Origin: an uncultured delta proteobacterium
Lineage (GTDB): Bacteria; Desulfobacterota; Binatia; Binatales; Binataceae
Assembly (NCBI GenBank): GCA_963724765.1
Contig: CAVRVY010000001.1
Location: forward strand, 64,001-128,000
Length of the DNA: 64,000 bases
Direction of reading: 5' to 3'
Numbering within the stretch: the stretch's first letter is position 1; every line of letters starts with the position of its first letter. The notes below the pieces were generated by a model. That model was given only the letters and a program-made list of their open reading frames with translations, made no database searches and was not told where the DNA came from. A program made the translations under genes and the position numbers. Shown piece by piece: positions 40,349-49,435 of this stretch.

Positions 40349-42523
40349 ATGAGTGAAGGAATCGAAGTACGCATCAGCCCAAGTGCTGGCGCTGGCGGCA
40401 AGCGCCTTGCCGAGTCGCCGAGTTTTGCGTCCGACAAGCTCACCGGCACGCAGCAGCGATTCGCCGCGCCCGGCGCCGACGCACGCTCGCAGATCGCCGT
40501 CGAGCAGAAGCTCGTCGCCACGCAAACCGCGCTGGTCGCCGAGATCAAGTCGCTGCGCAAGGCCATGCAGGGCACCGCCGCCGGGTCGGCCGAGCGCACG
40601 GCGCTGAAGGCGCAGATCGACGAGCGCCTCGCGCAGCAAAAGAGCAACTTAAGCGGAGCCTACAACACAGGCGCGGTGGCGCGAGATGCAAAAGCGCTCA
40701 CCGCCGGCAAGGGCGTGGCGATGATGCCCTCCGCGCGCGTACTTGCTCAATCACTCGTCAGTGCCAGCCGCGAGACGCTCCAGGGCAATCCGCTCGGAGC
40801 GCTTAGGCATGCCGTCAGCGGTTTCAACGCCGGACGCTCTCTCGTTGGTGCCGGTGGAGGTGCCGCCGTAGCCGAGGGCGCCGAAGGTGCCGCCGAAGCA
40901 GCTGGAGGTGCCGGTATCGGCACGATGCTCGCCGCCGTCGGCGTCGCTGGCGCCGGCGCCCTGGCCTACAAGGCGTGGGAGGACCCGAACGCCGCCAAGG
41001 CCGTCCTCGGCGCGCCGCTCGCGATCATGGAGGCGAAAAAATATGGCCCGCTGGAGGAGTCGCGCCAGGGCGCCGGCTATCGTGCCGCGCGTGAATTCGG
41101 CGAGAGCGGGCAGTCGATGATCGGATCAACCACTGGCGGCCGTTGGAGTGCACTCGGCATATCGCCTAGCGACGCGACGCAAACGGTTTCGGCGATGCGC
41201 GAGTTGGGCGGCTCGAAGTACGTATCGAATCAAGAAGCATACGCGGGTGCAAAATTGGGTACGTATTTGGGATTTTCGCCCGAGCAAACCGCGCAAGTCG
41301 GCGGCGCGGCCGGGCGCCTCGGTGTCAGTCCCGAAACTGCGATCCGCACCATCGCCGCCGGTGTTGAGCGCGGCAACCAGCAAGGCCGCCAATTCGAGGT
41401 CGCATCGGCCAGTCTCGACTACCTCAAGCAGATCGCCACGTCGGCGGCCGTCAGCGGCACGACCGGTTTAACGGCGATCACGAACCTCACCTCGATATTG
41501 GCCAAAACGGGCATCGCGGCGTTCCAGGGCGCGGGCGGCGTCAGCGCCATCGGCGGCATCGAAGCCGCGCACTCAGCCGACGATATTTTCGGCGTCAAAG
41601 CCATGGGCGCCGCCTTTGCGCAATACGGCGAAGCTTCGATGCTCCGCGGCGCGCACGGCAACATTGCCAAAGCCGAGGAAATCCGCCAGGGCGGTTTCGG
41701 CGGACGCTTTTCGTCGATCTATGCGTCGTCGATCCATGGCGAGATCGCGATGGCGCGCAAGTTCGGCCCTCTCGGGTACGAAGCACTCGAAGAGCAGTGG
41801 GGCATGCCGATCGGTTCCTACATCGATCCGCGCACCGGCAAGCCCGTTAGCGTCAACAGCGCCCTCGACGATCTCGACCAGGCGATCCAAAGCGGCGACT
41901 ATCTGAAGGCCGCGAAGATCCAAAATAGTTTATTAGACAGCGGCTCGAAGAACATTTCACCGATGGCCGCCGCGAGTGCCGGCCTCGCTACGGGAGGCGC
42001 GCTCACCGGCGAAGCGACCCAGCGGACCTATGCCGCTGGTGCACGCCTCGAAACTGCCGGCTTGTCCCTGTTGCGCCGCCACCTCGACGACAAAGCGGGC
42101 GCCTCCGCGCTCGACTACTTATCGAGCACATTGGGTCCGTCGAAGCCGACGCCGGCGCCGGGTCTAGCCTACGTGCCCGAACCGCCGCTGCCGCCTGGCG
42201 GCCTTCCGACACCCCTGGCGACGCCTTTCGCGACCCCCGATGCGCTCCCGACGCCCGGCGCGCCCGCCTATGCCGCCCCAGCCGCAGGTGCCCCGATCGC
42301 GGGCGCGGGCGCGCTCAGCGGGTTAGGCGATAGGTTAGGCGATAGCGTCTCGGGCGGCGTGCTGCTGATCGCCGGATTGCTCGAACGCTTAATCGCCGCC
42401 GTGCAGGGCGGTAGTGCGCTCGGGGCACCATCGCCTGCGCCGACGCCCGCCGCGCCCGCGCCCACGCCCGCGCACGGCCCAATCGCGCCGACCGCCTCAA
42501 CCCCGAAATCGTCGCGCCACTAG
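40349..42523 (+). CDS. Tape-measure-like protein (724 aa)
   Basis: GAGGT RBS; N-terminal coiled coil, Gly/Ala-rich hydrophobic segment (GIGTMLAAVGVAGAGALAYKAW), long amphipathic helical middle, Pro-rich C-terminus. Confidence 0.6.
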   Translation: MSEGIEVRISPSAGAGGKRLAESPSFASDKLTGTQQRFAAPGADARSQIAVEQKLVATQTALVAEIKSLRKAMQGTAAGSAERTALKAQIDERLAQQKSNLSGAYNTGAVARDAKALTAGKGVAMMPSARVLAQSLVSASRETLQGNPLGALRHAVSGFNAGRSLVGAGGGAAVAEGAEGAAEAAGGAGIGTMLAAVGVAGAGALAYKAWEDPNAAKAVLGAPLAIMEAKKYGPLEESRQGAGYRAAREFGESGQSMIGSTTGGRWSALGISPSDATQTVSAMRELGGSKYVSNQEAYAGAKLGTYLGFSPEQTAQVGGAAGRLGVSPETAIRTIAAGVERGNQQGRQFEVASASLDYLKQIATSAAVSGTTGLTAITNLTSILAKTGIAAFQGAGGVSAIGGIEAAHSADDIFGVKAMGAAFAQYGEASMLRGAHGNIAKAEEIRQGGFGGRFSSIYASSIHGEIAMARKFGPLGYEALEEQWGMPIGSYIDPRTGKPVSVNSALDDLDQAIQSGDYLKAAKIQNSLLDSGSKNISPMAAASAGLATGGALTGEATQRTYAAGARLETAGLSLLRRHLDDKAGASALDYLSSTLGPSKPTPAPGLAYVPEPPLPPGGLPTPLATPFATPDALPTPGAPAYAAPAAGAPIAGAGALSGLGDRLGDSVSGGVLLIAGLLERLIAAVQGGSALGAPSPAPTPAAPAPTPAHGPIAPTASTPKSSRH

Positions 42524-42595
42524 ATCGACGTGATTTCGTTGACGGCTTTTTTCCTAACGTAGCAGTCCCAAATTATAAGTCTGGATGAGGTTCAC

Positions 42596-42808
42596 ATGAG
42601 CGACAACTCACCCAAAGCTACGCCCTGGGCCAAGTACCGCGACGCGCGCATCGCCCATGCCCGCGAGCTGCAACAACTCGCCGCCGCCTATCGCGATGCG
42701 CCGCGCTGCGCGAAGTGTCAGATTGTGATTTCCTTGCGCCCCGACGAGGCGTGCTGCATCGCCGACTGCCCGCTGGCGCCATCCACGATGGACCGCAGCG
42801 CCCGATGA
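42596..42808 (+). CDS. Small Cys-rich protein
   Basis: GAGG RBS; CAKC...CCIADCP. Confidence 0.5.
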   Translation: MSDNSPKATPWAKYRDARIAHARELQQLAAAYRDAPRCAKCQIVISLRPDEACCIADCPLAPSTMDRSAR

Positions 42809-42967
42809 CTACTTGACTCGACTCGACTAGCTACTTACTCGGCGGGCTATTAGCGCATTAAAAAAAGGCCGAAGCTCAAACGGTAGAAATCGCTAAAAAT
42901 CTCCGTCTGGCTCCGGCCGGAGCAGCGACGATCTGACGCAAAAGATCGCGCTACCTATGACCGATAT

Positions 42968-43819
42968 TTATAAGGCGCGCCAAATCCTTCCCTGCTCCTC
43001 CCACTGGTTATAGGCGATCGTCGGAATGCCATAGCGCGCGCGCACGCTGGGTGCCACCTGCGCCAACGCGCGCATCGCAGCATCGAGGTTTACGCCGCCC
43101 AACCGCGTTTCCGTACCCGCCGCGTCGTAATTGAGCAGAATATTCGGATCGATCTGCTCGTCCATCATCGCGGCGTGCAAGCGGCTCTTGACGCTGTTAA
43201 AGCTTTTGAGCAACGCGAGCGGACTGAGACTACGGCCGCCGAAAGACTTCGACTGTGTATAGGCATCGCTGTCCATGCCCGGCCTCACCGTGCGCCGCGC
43301 AACTCGGTCGCCGCCGATCCGGCTTCGGCCCTCGCCTTGGCCCTCGCCGAGCTCCACTTCATCTTCATCAGTGGGCTCGACATATTTTTGGCGGTTGAAC
43401 GGCGTGATCTCGCTATCGGCGTGCGCACCAGGGAAGCGAATCTTCGAGGGACGGCCGCTAACCAACATTTCGTGAATCATGTCGGCGTCGGCCTCCAAGT
43501 AGTCGAAATCATCGTCGAGCGCCTGGATGCCCGCCCACTCGCGGTTGGACTCGCGAATATCCTTGCGTCGTGCTCCCTCTGCGCGTCGATCAAAGGCGTC
43601 GGCGTTCGCTTCCATGTAGTCTTTACTGTCGCTCATCTCGCGCACGCTTTGGCTACGGGCGCGCTTCGATTTCACGAGCGCATTGAGATCGTCAACAGCT
43701 TCGGCGAATGTCATTTGAACCTCATTGTGGGGAGTGGGAGTGACGCGGTAGAACCGGCCGTTGAGGAAGTCTCGTACGATGCCCGCGATCCTCATATTGG
43801 AAGTATAACGCTGTTCCAC
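42968..43819 (-). CDS. Acidic hypothetical protein with repeated KS motifs (scaffold-like?)
   Basis: 283-aa ORF; true start may be the downstream ATG (MTFAEAV); contains LVKS, SKSF, LLKSF, SVKS. Confidence 0.6.
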   Translation of the reverse strand: MEQRYTSNMRIAGIVRDFLNGRFYRVTPTPHNEVQMTFAEAVDDLNALVKSKRARSQSVREMSDSKDYMEANADAFDRRAEGARRKDIRESNREWAGIQALDDDFDYLEADADMIHEMLVSGRPSKIRFPGAHADSEITPFNRQKYVEPTDEDEVELGEGQGEGRSRIGGDRVARRTVRPGMDSDAYTQSKSFGGRSLSPLALLKSFNSVKSRLHAAMMDEQIDPNILLNYDAAGTETRLGGVNLDAAMRALAQVAPSVRARYGIPTIAYNQWEEQGRIWRAL

Positions 43820-43861
43820 AGTTAAATGCTATGCTCACGGCAGCGAGGCGAGCAGCGAAAA

Positions 43862-44305
43862 ATGGCCAACCCCAGCAATTTGATCCCGTTCCAGTTCAAA
43901 AAGGGCCAATCGGGCAATCCCAACGGCCGCCCCTCCGACCGCGACGCCGTCGCCCTCGCCATCAAATCGACCCGCGACGGCCTCGAACTGGTCGAGACGC
44001 TTGTCGATCTGATGCGTCACGCGAAGGCGGAAAAGACGCGGTTGGCCGCGACCTGCGAGTTGTGGGATCGCATCTATGGCCGCGTCCCGGCCGGCGAGCG
44101 CCCGTCGCTATTCGGCGCGCTCCAGGGCGTAACCGGGGTAACCTTCGCCGCCAGCTTCGGCCCGCGCCGGGGCGAAGTCGAAGCCAAGGACGCCGCTGTC
44201 GTAGAAGTTGCGGCCATCGTCGAAGCCGACTCCCATCGCGTCGATATGGACGCGCCTGACGACGCCGCAGACGACGCTGAGACACCCGAGACGCCCGTCG
44301 AATAG
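43862..44305 (+). CDS. DUF5681-type / small-terminase-like protein
   Basis: MANPSNLIPFQFKKGQSGNPNGRP, then RLAATCELWDRIYGR and an acidic tail. Confidence 0.7.
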   Translation: MANPSNLIPFQFKKGQSGNPNGRPSDRDAVALAIKSTRDGLELVETLVDLMRHAKAEKTRLAATCELWDRIYGRVPAGERPSLFGALQGVTGVTFAASFGPRRGEVEAKDAAVVEVAAIVEADSHRVDMDAPDDAADDAETPETPVE

Positions 44306-44485
44306 CTGAAACTACCGAATAAAACCAGCTTTGCTCGCCGACGCATGAAAAATTCGGCGCCCTGATCCCGCTAAAATTTCACCGGCGCTAAAGCGACTTG
44401 CGCTGGATGCTGTCGTGATTCCCGGATCGCGACACGTTTTTGCACCCCGTTTGTCAGCCAAAAAGTCGCGATATAGTTCTTCTAG

Positions 44486-44887
44486 GTGCAAGTCTCGCCA
44501 CATCACAACGGCGCTCCGCTCGACGCGCCGCTCACCCGCGACTCGCCGACGCTATCGCTCGACGCGATCGCATCCGCGCCGTCGCCGACCGAGGCGTTGT
44601 CGCGGTTGTCGCCCGATGCGCTCGCGGTGCTGTCGGGCCGGTGCGCGACCATCCAGGCAGCGATCCAGCTCGCGATCATCACGCGCGCGGCCGCGCTAAC
44701 CGACCACGCCAACGCCAACGGTTCCGCGCGCATGCTTAGCGCCGATGAAGCCTGCGCCATCCTGAAACGCCCGAGGCGCTGGCTCTATGACCACGCGAAG
44801 CGCATGCCCTGGATCAAGCGCCTCAGCCGCAAGTCGCTTCTCGTCGATGAGTCGATGATGATGCGCTGGATCGCTTCCCGCCACTAG
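44486..44887 (+). CDS. Excisionase-like HTH protein (module 2)
   Basis: MLSADEACAILKRPRRWLYDHAKRMPWIKRLSRKSLLVDESMMMRWI. Confidence 0.75.
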   Translation: MQVSPHHNGAPLDAPLTRDSPTLSLDAIASAPSPTEALSRLSPDALAVLSGRCATIQAAIQLAIITRAAALTDHANANGSARMLSADEACAILKRPRRWLYDHAKRMPWIKRLSRKSLLVDESMMMRWIASRH

Positions 44888-44924
44888 CGCGCGAGAAATT
44901 TTCACCGTTTCGACACTTTCGAGC

Positions 44925-44953
44925 TTGACAGTTACGTAACTATCAGCTACATT
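44925..44953 (+). promoter_or_regulatory. Near-consensus sigma70 promoter with a palindromic operator in the spacer
   Basis: TTGACA-17 bp-TACATT; palindrome AGTTACGTAACT at 44930-44941; ATG follows 6 nt after the -10. Confidence 0.8.
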
Positions 44954-44959
44954 ACCATC

Positions 44960-45181
44960 ATGTCCGTTACCCATGATCGTGCGTCGGCCAAGCGTCCGCT
45001 GAAGACGCTCAACCAGCTACGCGAGCGCAAGGGGCTTACCCAAGACCAGCTCGCAGCCAAGGTCGGCGTGACGCGGGTATATATCACCCAGCTCGAAACG
45101 GGCGCTCGGGCGAACCCGTCAATCCCGGTGCTCAAGCGCTTGGCGCAGGCCCTCGGGGTCGCGCTCGACGATCTCGTTTAG
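44960..45181 (+). CDS. XRE-family HTH regulator
   Basis: LRERKGLTQDQLAAKVGVTRVYITQLETG...NPS...LAQALGV. Confidence 0.92.
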   Translation: MSVTHDRASAKRPLKTLNQLRERKGLTQDQLAAKVGVTRVYITQLETGARANPSIPVLKRLAQALGVALDDLV

Positions 45182-45193
45182 GGGTAGAAAGCG

Positions 45194-46411
45194 ATGGAGA
45201 CGAAAGCGACTGACAGCAACGTGATCGACAGCAAGGCGACAGCGCAGGGGCAGGCGAAGGAGCGGCAGGCGAAGGGCAGGGCGCGCGGTCTAGGCGCCGT
45301 CTACCTGCGCGGCGGCACCTACTGGATCGCCTACCACCACAACGGCCGGCGCATCCGCGAATCCGCGCACTCGATCAAAGAATCCGACGCCGTGCGCCTC
45401 CTGAAGCGCCGCTACGCCGAAGCCCAGAGCGGCCGTCCGATCGGCCCGCAAATCGAGCGCACCGCGCTCAAATCTCTCACCGGGATGCTGCTCGACGACT
45501 ACCGCGCCAACTCGCGCCGCTCTCTGGATCGCGCCGAAGACGCGGTTACCCATCTCCACGGCTTCTTTGGCGAGGACCGGCGCGCAATCGGCATCACGGC
45601 CGATGCGATTGTCGCCTATCAGGCTCAGCGCCAGCGCGAATCGTGGAACAACCGGCCGGTCGCCGCCGCCACGATCAACTATGAGGTCGCGATGCTCCGG
45701 CGCGCCTTCCGTCTCGGCGCGCGCGCCGGCAAGGTCAGCGTGCGGCCGGAGTTTCCGATGCTCAACGTCGATAACGCCCGCAAAGGTTTCTTCGAGCCGG
45801 ACCAGCACCGTGCGGTGCTCGCGTACCTCCCGCATTACCTGCGCCCGGTTGTTCAAGCCGCTTACATCACGGGATGGAGAACGCAGAGCGAGCTATTGAC
45901 CCGGCAGTGGCGTCACGTCGATCTCGACGCCGGCTGGTTGCGCCTCGATCCCGGTGAGTCCAAGAACGGCGAGGGTCGGATGTTCCCGCTCACGCCCGAG
46001 TTGCGCGCGATCCTCCAGGCGCAGCGCGATCACGTCCGCACGATCGAGCGCGCAACCGAGAAGATCGTTCCCTGGGTGTTCCCGCACGACGACGGCTCGC
46101 CCATCCTCGATTTCCGCTATTCGTGGGCCAAGGCGTGCCGACTCGCGGGCGTGCCCGGACGACTCGTTCATGATTTCAGAAGGACCGCGGTGCGAAACTT
46201 GGAGAGGGCGGGCGTTCCTCGCTCAGCGGCGATGGCGATCACCGGCCACCGCACCGCGACCGTCTACCAACGCTATGCGATCGTCGATGAGGGGATGATG
46301 CGCGAGGCTGCCGACAAGCTGGCCATCCTCCACCGCGCCGGTGCCGAAGCGAGCGCTCCGAGCGCCACACCCAGCAACGGCCGCGTCCTACCGCTCACGA
46401 TCACGCGCTGA
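45194..46411 (+). CDS. Tyrosine integrase 2 (att-proximal)
   Basis: TGWR..SE, ESKNG, HDFRR, TGH, QRY; next to the arm sites and tRNA-Leu. Confidence 0.95.
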   Translation: METKATDSNVIDSKATAQGQAKERQAKGRARGLGAVYLRGGTYWIAYHHNGRRIRESAHSIKESDAVRLLKRRYAEAQSGRPIGPQIERTALKSLTGMLLDDYRANSRRSLDRAEDAVTHLHGFFGEDRRAIGITADAIVAYQAQRQRESWNNRPVAAATINYEVAMLRRAFRLGARAGKVSVRPEFPMLNVDNARKGFFEPDQHRAVLAYLPHYLRPVVQAAYITGWRTQSELLTRQWRHVDLDAGWLRLDPGESKNGEGRMFPLTPELRAILQAQRDHVRTIERATEKIVPWVFPHDDGSPILDFRYSWAKACRLAGVPGRLVHDFRRTAVRNLERAGVPRSAAMAITGHRTATVYQRYAIVDEGMMREAADKLAILHRAGAEASAPSATPSNGRVLPLTITR

Positions 46412-46438
46412 GCGTATCGATGCCTTCCATGATCGAAA

Positions 46439-46456
46439 CGCCACAATTACGCCACA
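46439..46456 (+). repeat. Arm-type site CGCCACAATTACGCCACA, right copy
   Basis: Identical to 30359-30376. Confidence 0.8.
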
Positions 46457-46522
46457 ATAGATCACTCGCGCGCTCACCTATCGTGCCCCAGCCACCTAAA
46501 AACCCCCTTGATTTACTTGGAT

Positions 46523-46603
46523 TGCGAGAGGGGGGACTTGAACCCCCACGCCTTGCGGCACCGGATCCTAAGTCCGGCGCGTCTGCCATTCCGCCACTCT
46601 CGC
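46523..46603 (-). tRNA. tRNA-Leu(TAG), complete, CCA not encoded
   Basis: Full cloverleaf with long variable arm: GCGAGAG...CCGGA CT TAG GA TCCGG...GGGGGTTCAAGTCCCCC CTCTCGC A. Confidence 0.97.
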
Positions 46604-46790
46604 GTGAAGCAAAAACGTATTGTAAATCGCGGCCTTTTTGAAGGATAGGGCTAGACTTTCCGGCCGCCAGAGCGCTGACTGTTGCGTCAAGCTGCGGACG
46701 AAGGGAGGGGGCTGGTTAGCATCGTTCTTAATCGACCAGTCCGCCGCTGCGCGTCACTTAACTGCAGATCGAGGTCCGCGCAAGTCGCCA

Positions 46791-47660
46791 TCACCAGGGT
46801 TTCGTTGCCAGGTATCCTTTGACCTCGGTGATGTACCCTAATGATTGCGCGGTGTACCATCCGCCGGAATAGTGCATACCGATGCATCCCCATAGAACGC
46901 GGTCGATGTTGCCGCTGGCAATGTCGGCGGAATACGTATTCGGCTGTTGCGCGGTGCTGGCGAAGTATCCCGCGTAGTCTCCATTCATGCAGCCGCGCTG
47001 GTCGGCGTCGCGATAGTCGGCATTAAAGGCGGTGGAATCCTTGATCATCGGCCAAGTGCCCCACTCGTAGTAGACTTTGGTCTGGAGAATCCCCCATGAC
47101 TGGTAACAACAGTCCTGGCAGCCAAAATTCCATAGAGCCGTAAAGTTGCCCTGGACGCACTGACTCTGTAGAACGCGTTTGTCGCCGCCTCCATCGCCCG
47201 GATGAGGCCCGCCCTGCCTCCATTTGCTTTCGGTCCACGCCTGTGCGCGGGTTACATCTTCGTCGATACCCCATTTGCATGCGGCCCAACGCAAAATCAT
47301 GTCAGTCGAGCCGGCATAGTGGCCATCGACGCGGAAGAAATCCGAAGCCGGGGGATTCGCCCCGAACACCGGGTGTTGGTAGAATTCGGCAAGCTGCGTC
47401 GCCGTGGGCATCGTGTGATTGAAGGGGATATTGGCCGGTATTGTTTCCGGGGTCGCGGGTATCGCCGCCGCGCATTCCTGCCCCGACGGTAGCGGCGCGT
47501 GCGGCGGCAACGTACCGAAGTGCGACTGCCCGCCCGCTGCGCTCACAGCGTCGGCGAAGAGCATGGAGGCAGCGCAAGCCGTCGCCACGAGAATTATCAG
47601 CGCGCGCACAGATGGCGTTCGGCCACGCAGCCTTGTTCGTCGACGACCTGAATGCTTCAT
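46791..47660 (-). CDS. Secreted Cys-rich protein with lysozyme/SLT-like motifs
   Basis: Signal peptide; WAACKWGIDED..RAQA..ES.W.Q, WGILQ, HYSG; paralogue of 51473-52651. Confidence 0.65.
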   Translation of the reverse strand: MKHSGRRRTRLRGRTPSVRALIILVATACAASMLFADAVSAAGGQSHFGTLPPHAPLPSGQECAAAIPATPETIPANIPFNHTMPTATQLAEFYQHPVFGANPPASDFFRVDGHYAGSTDMILRWAACKWGIDEDVTRAQAWTESKWRQGGPHPGDGGGDKRVLQSQCVQGNFTALWNFGCQDCCYQSWGILQTKVYYEWGTWPMIKDSTAFNADYRDADQRGCMNGDYAGYFASTAQQPNTYSADIASGNIDRVLWGCIGMHYSGGWYTAQSLGYITEVKGYLATKPW

Positions 47661-47701
47661 ATCAACTGGCTATGGCCTCGTCCTTTCCACGACAAGTGCG
47701 A

Positions 47702-48619
47702 TCAGTGCGCCGCGGAGTCTAAGCTTCGCCTCTCGCAATCCGGTATCGGTAAGGCAGCCTTCCTGGTGGAGTAATATATCCACGGCGATTCATCGTCGCG
47801 CTCGACGCATCGACCCTCCATGTCGTAGGCGTCGACAGGATCGAAGCCGGCGAGGCGTAGCTGCTCAATCTGAGCGCGTATACTGATGAAGTAGATAAGA
47901 CAGCGGTACCTCATTCCAATATCATTCAGGATCGCATAGTCGGTCTTCTTCACTTCGAAGCGGCGCATTCGCCGATGACGCAGATGTAATGCGCAAGCCC
48001 ACAAGAACGCCTTGAGGGAGCTCCACCGCCATCGCTCTGCACTCGTCACCCTCCAGGGCGGCTTGCCAACGTGCTTCCAATCCCGATTATGGGAGGAAAA
48101 CACGAATAGTCCATCTGTTCTGAGAACTCTGCGGATTTCGCGCAGCGCTCCGAGACGTCCCTCGTGAGAAAGGCAGTCCAGGCCATTGAAGGAGAACAGG
48201 GAAAAGTCAACGGAATCGTCCGCGAGGAATTGCATATTACGCGCATCGCACTGATACAGGGTGTCTATGCCGAACTTCGCCCGCGCGCATTCGATGAGCC
48301 TGGGTGAATAATCGATCCCGATATATGCGCGGCTCATCTCCAGCAGAAACGATGTGGTCCGACCGGCGCCAATCCCGATGTCGAGCAGTCTTTTTCCGGC
48401 GATCTGCGGGCGCAATTTCTCAAGGATGACGCGCTCAGTAGGAAACAGTTCCGCTTGATGCCCGAAGAACTTCAGCGCCGTTCTGCTGGAGTAAGCCCGG
48501 TGATTGTTCCTGTCGATGGCGGTTTCAGTCATCGCTGAAAATCGATCTCTTACTCGGGGTTGAAGCGGCGCACTCCAAATCGAGTTCTTTTGATGATCAG
48601 ACTGGACGCTTTCTGACAA
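47702..48619 (-). CDS. Class I SAM-dependent methyltransferase
   Basis: LLDIGIGAGRT, GIDYS, CDAR, FSFNGLD, FSSHN; start may be ATG 48532. Confidence 0.9.
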   Translation of the reverse strand: MSESVQSDHQKNSIWSAPLQPRVRDRFSAMTETAIDRNNHRAYSSRTALKFFGHQAELFPTERVILEKLRPQIAGKRLLDIGIGAGRTTSFLLEMSRAYIGIDYSPRLIECARAKFGIDTLYQCDARNMQFLADDSVDFSLFSFNGLDCLSHEGRLGALREIRRVLRTDGLFVFSSHNRDWKHVGKPPWRVTSAERWRWSSLKAFLWACALHLRHRRMRRFEVKKTDYAILNDIGMRYRCLIYFISIRAQIEQLRLAGFDPVDAYDMEGRCVERDDESPWIYYSTRKAALPIPDCERRSLDSAAH

Positions 48620-49435
48620 TCAATCGGTCGAAGACTTCAGCGAGCGCCCAAGACGGCGACGCGCGGAAGTCAGCTCAAACAGGCGCTGCACCATGAGTCC
48701 CAGTTGCGGCCAACCAGCGCAGAGGTAGGTATATTCCTCCACGACAGCTCCACCAAAAGACATCTTGAAGTTGGCCCTCCCATCGCTTCTGTCTTCACTG
48801 ATCCCGCCCCAGTCGTAGGTGGTGAAACCCTCCTCTTTATAGAGGCGCATGTTACTCCAATGCAGCAGACGGTTTAGGTTGCTCACGAGCCGAGCGTTCT
48901 TTGGCTCGTCCGAGTCTAAACGTCGACTGGCATTGTATAGGCCCCTGACGCGACCGTTCTCGGGATCGCGCAACACAAGATTCACCACCAAGGGCCGGTC
49001 GTCCAGGTACAGGATAACCCGGTCGGCAAACCCTTCGTAGCGTTGAAGAAGCCGGTCGGAGATTGGCCGCACGCCGTCCTTCAGCCGTGCGAACTCGTTG
49101 AATACGGTCAAAAAGTCCCCGCGTCCCGCCTCTTCATTGCGTGTAATCCGGACGCGCTCGCCTAATCTCTCGGCTCTTCGGATTTCGGTGCGATTGTGGG
49201 GCCCGAAGCCTTTCCACAGCCCCTCGAGAGGCAGGCGCAAATCGTTATATACGGTGAAGCCTCGTTCACCTCTGATCACCATCCGCGCGTCGTCAAGCTT
49301 GTCTGTGGTATAAAAGAAGCGCGCTAATCCGGTTGGCCCCAGATTCGCGGCGAATCGATGCACAGAGGTCTCGTTAGCAAAGAAGACCATCTTGTAGGAA
49401 AGAAGCCCGGCCAACTTTCGTTCGATAACTACCAC
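48620..49435 (-). CDS. GNAT/FemAB-like acyltransferase-fold protein
   Basis: DL..PLEGLW.GF...RTEIRRAE, LHW.NM..YKEEG..YDWGG, FKMSFGG. Confidence 0.75.
   Translation of the reverse strand: MVVIERKLAGLLSYKMVFFANETSVHRFAANLGPTGLARFFYTTDKLDDARMVIRGERGFTVYNDLRLPLEGLWKGFGPHNRTEIRRAERLGERVRITRNEEAGRGDFLTVFNEFARLKDGVRPISDRLLQRYEGFADRVILYLDDRPLVVNLVLRDPENGRVRGLYNASRRLDSDEPKNARLVSNLNRLLHWSNMRLYKEEGFTTYDWGGISEDRSDGRANFKMSFGGAVVEEYTYLCAGWPQLGLMVQRLFELTSARRRLGRSLKSSTD

Larger units (their letters stand above)
30190..46573. mobile_element. 16.4-kb island integrated in tRNA-Leu(TAG); phage-satellite-like
   Basis: 51-bp att direct repeat, an 18-bp arm-type repeat near both ends, integrases, xis/HTH genes, helicase with iterons, TerS-like and tape-measure-like genes; no capsid, portal or TerL recognised. 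Confidence 0.9.

Noticed and set aside
42809-42967. GACTC/GACTA micro-repeats and an A-tract as a pac or cos site
   Set aside because: Too short and degenerate to support without virion-end data.
30190-46573. Complete prophage
   Set aside because: No capsid, portal, large terminase, tail tube or lysis genes were recognised in the 16.4 kb.
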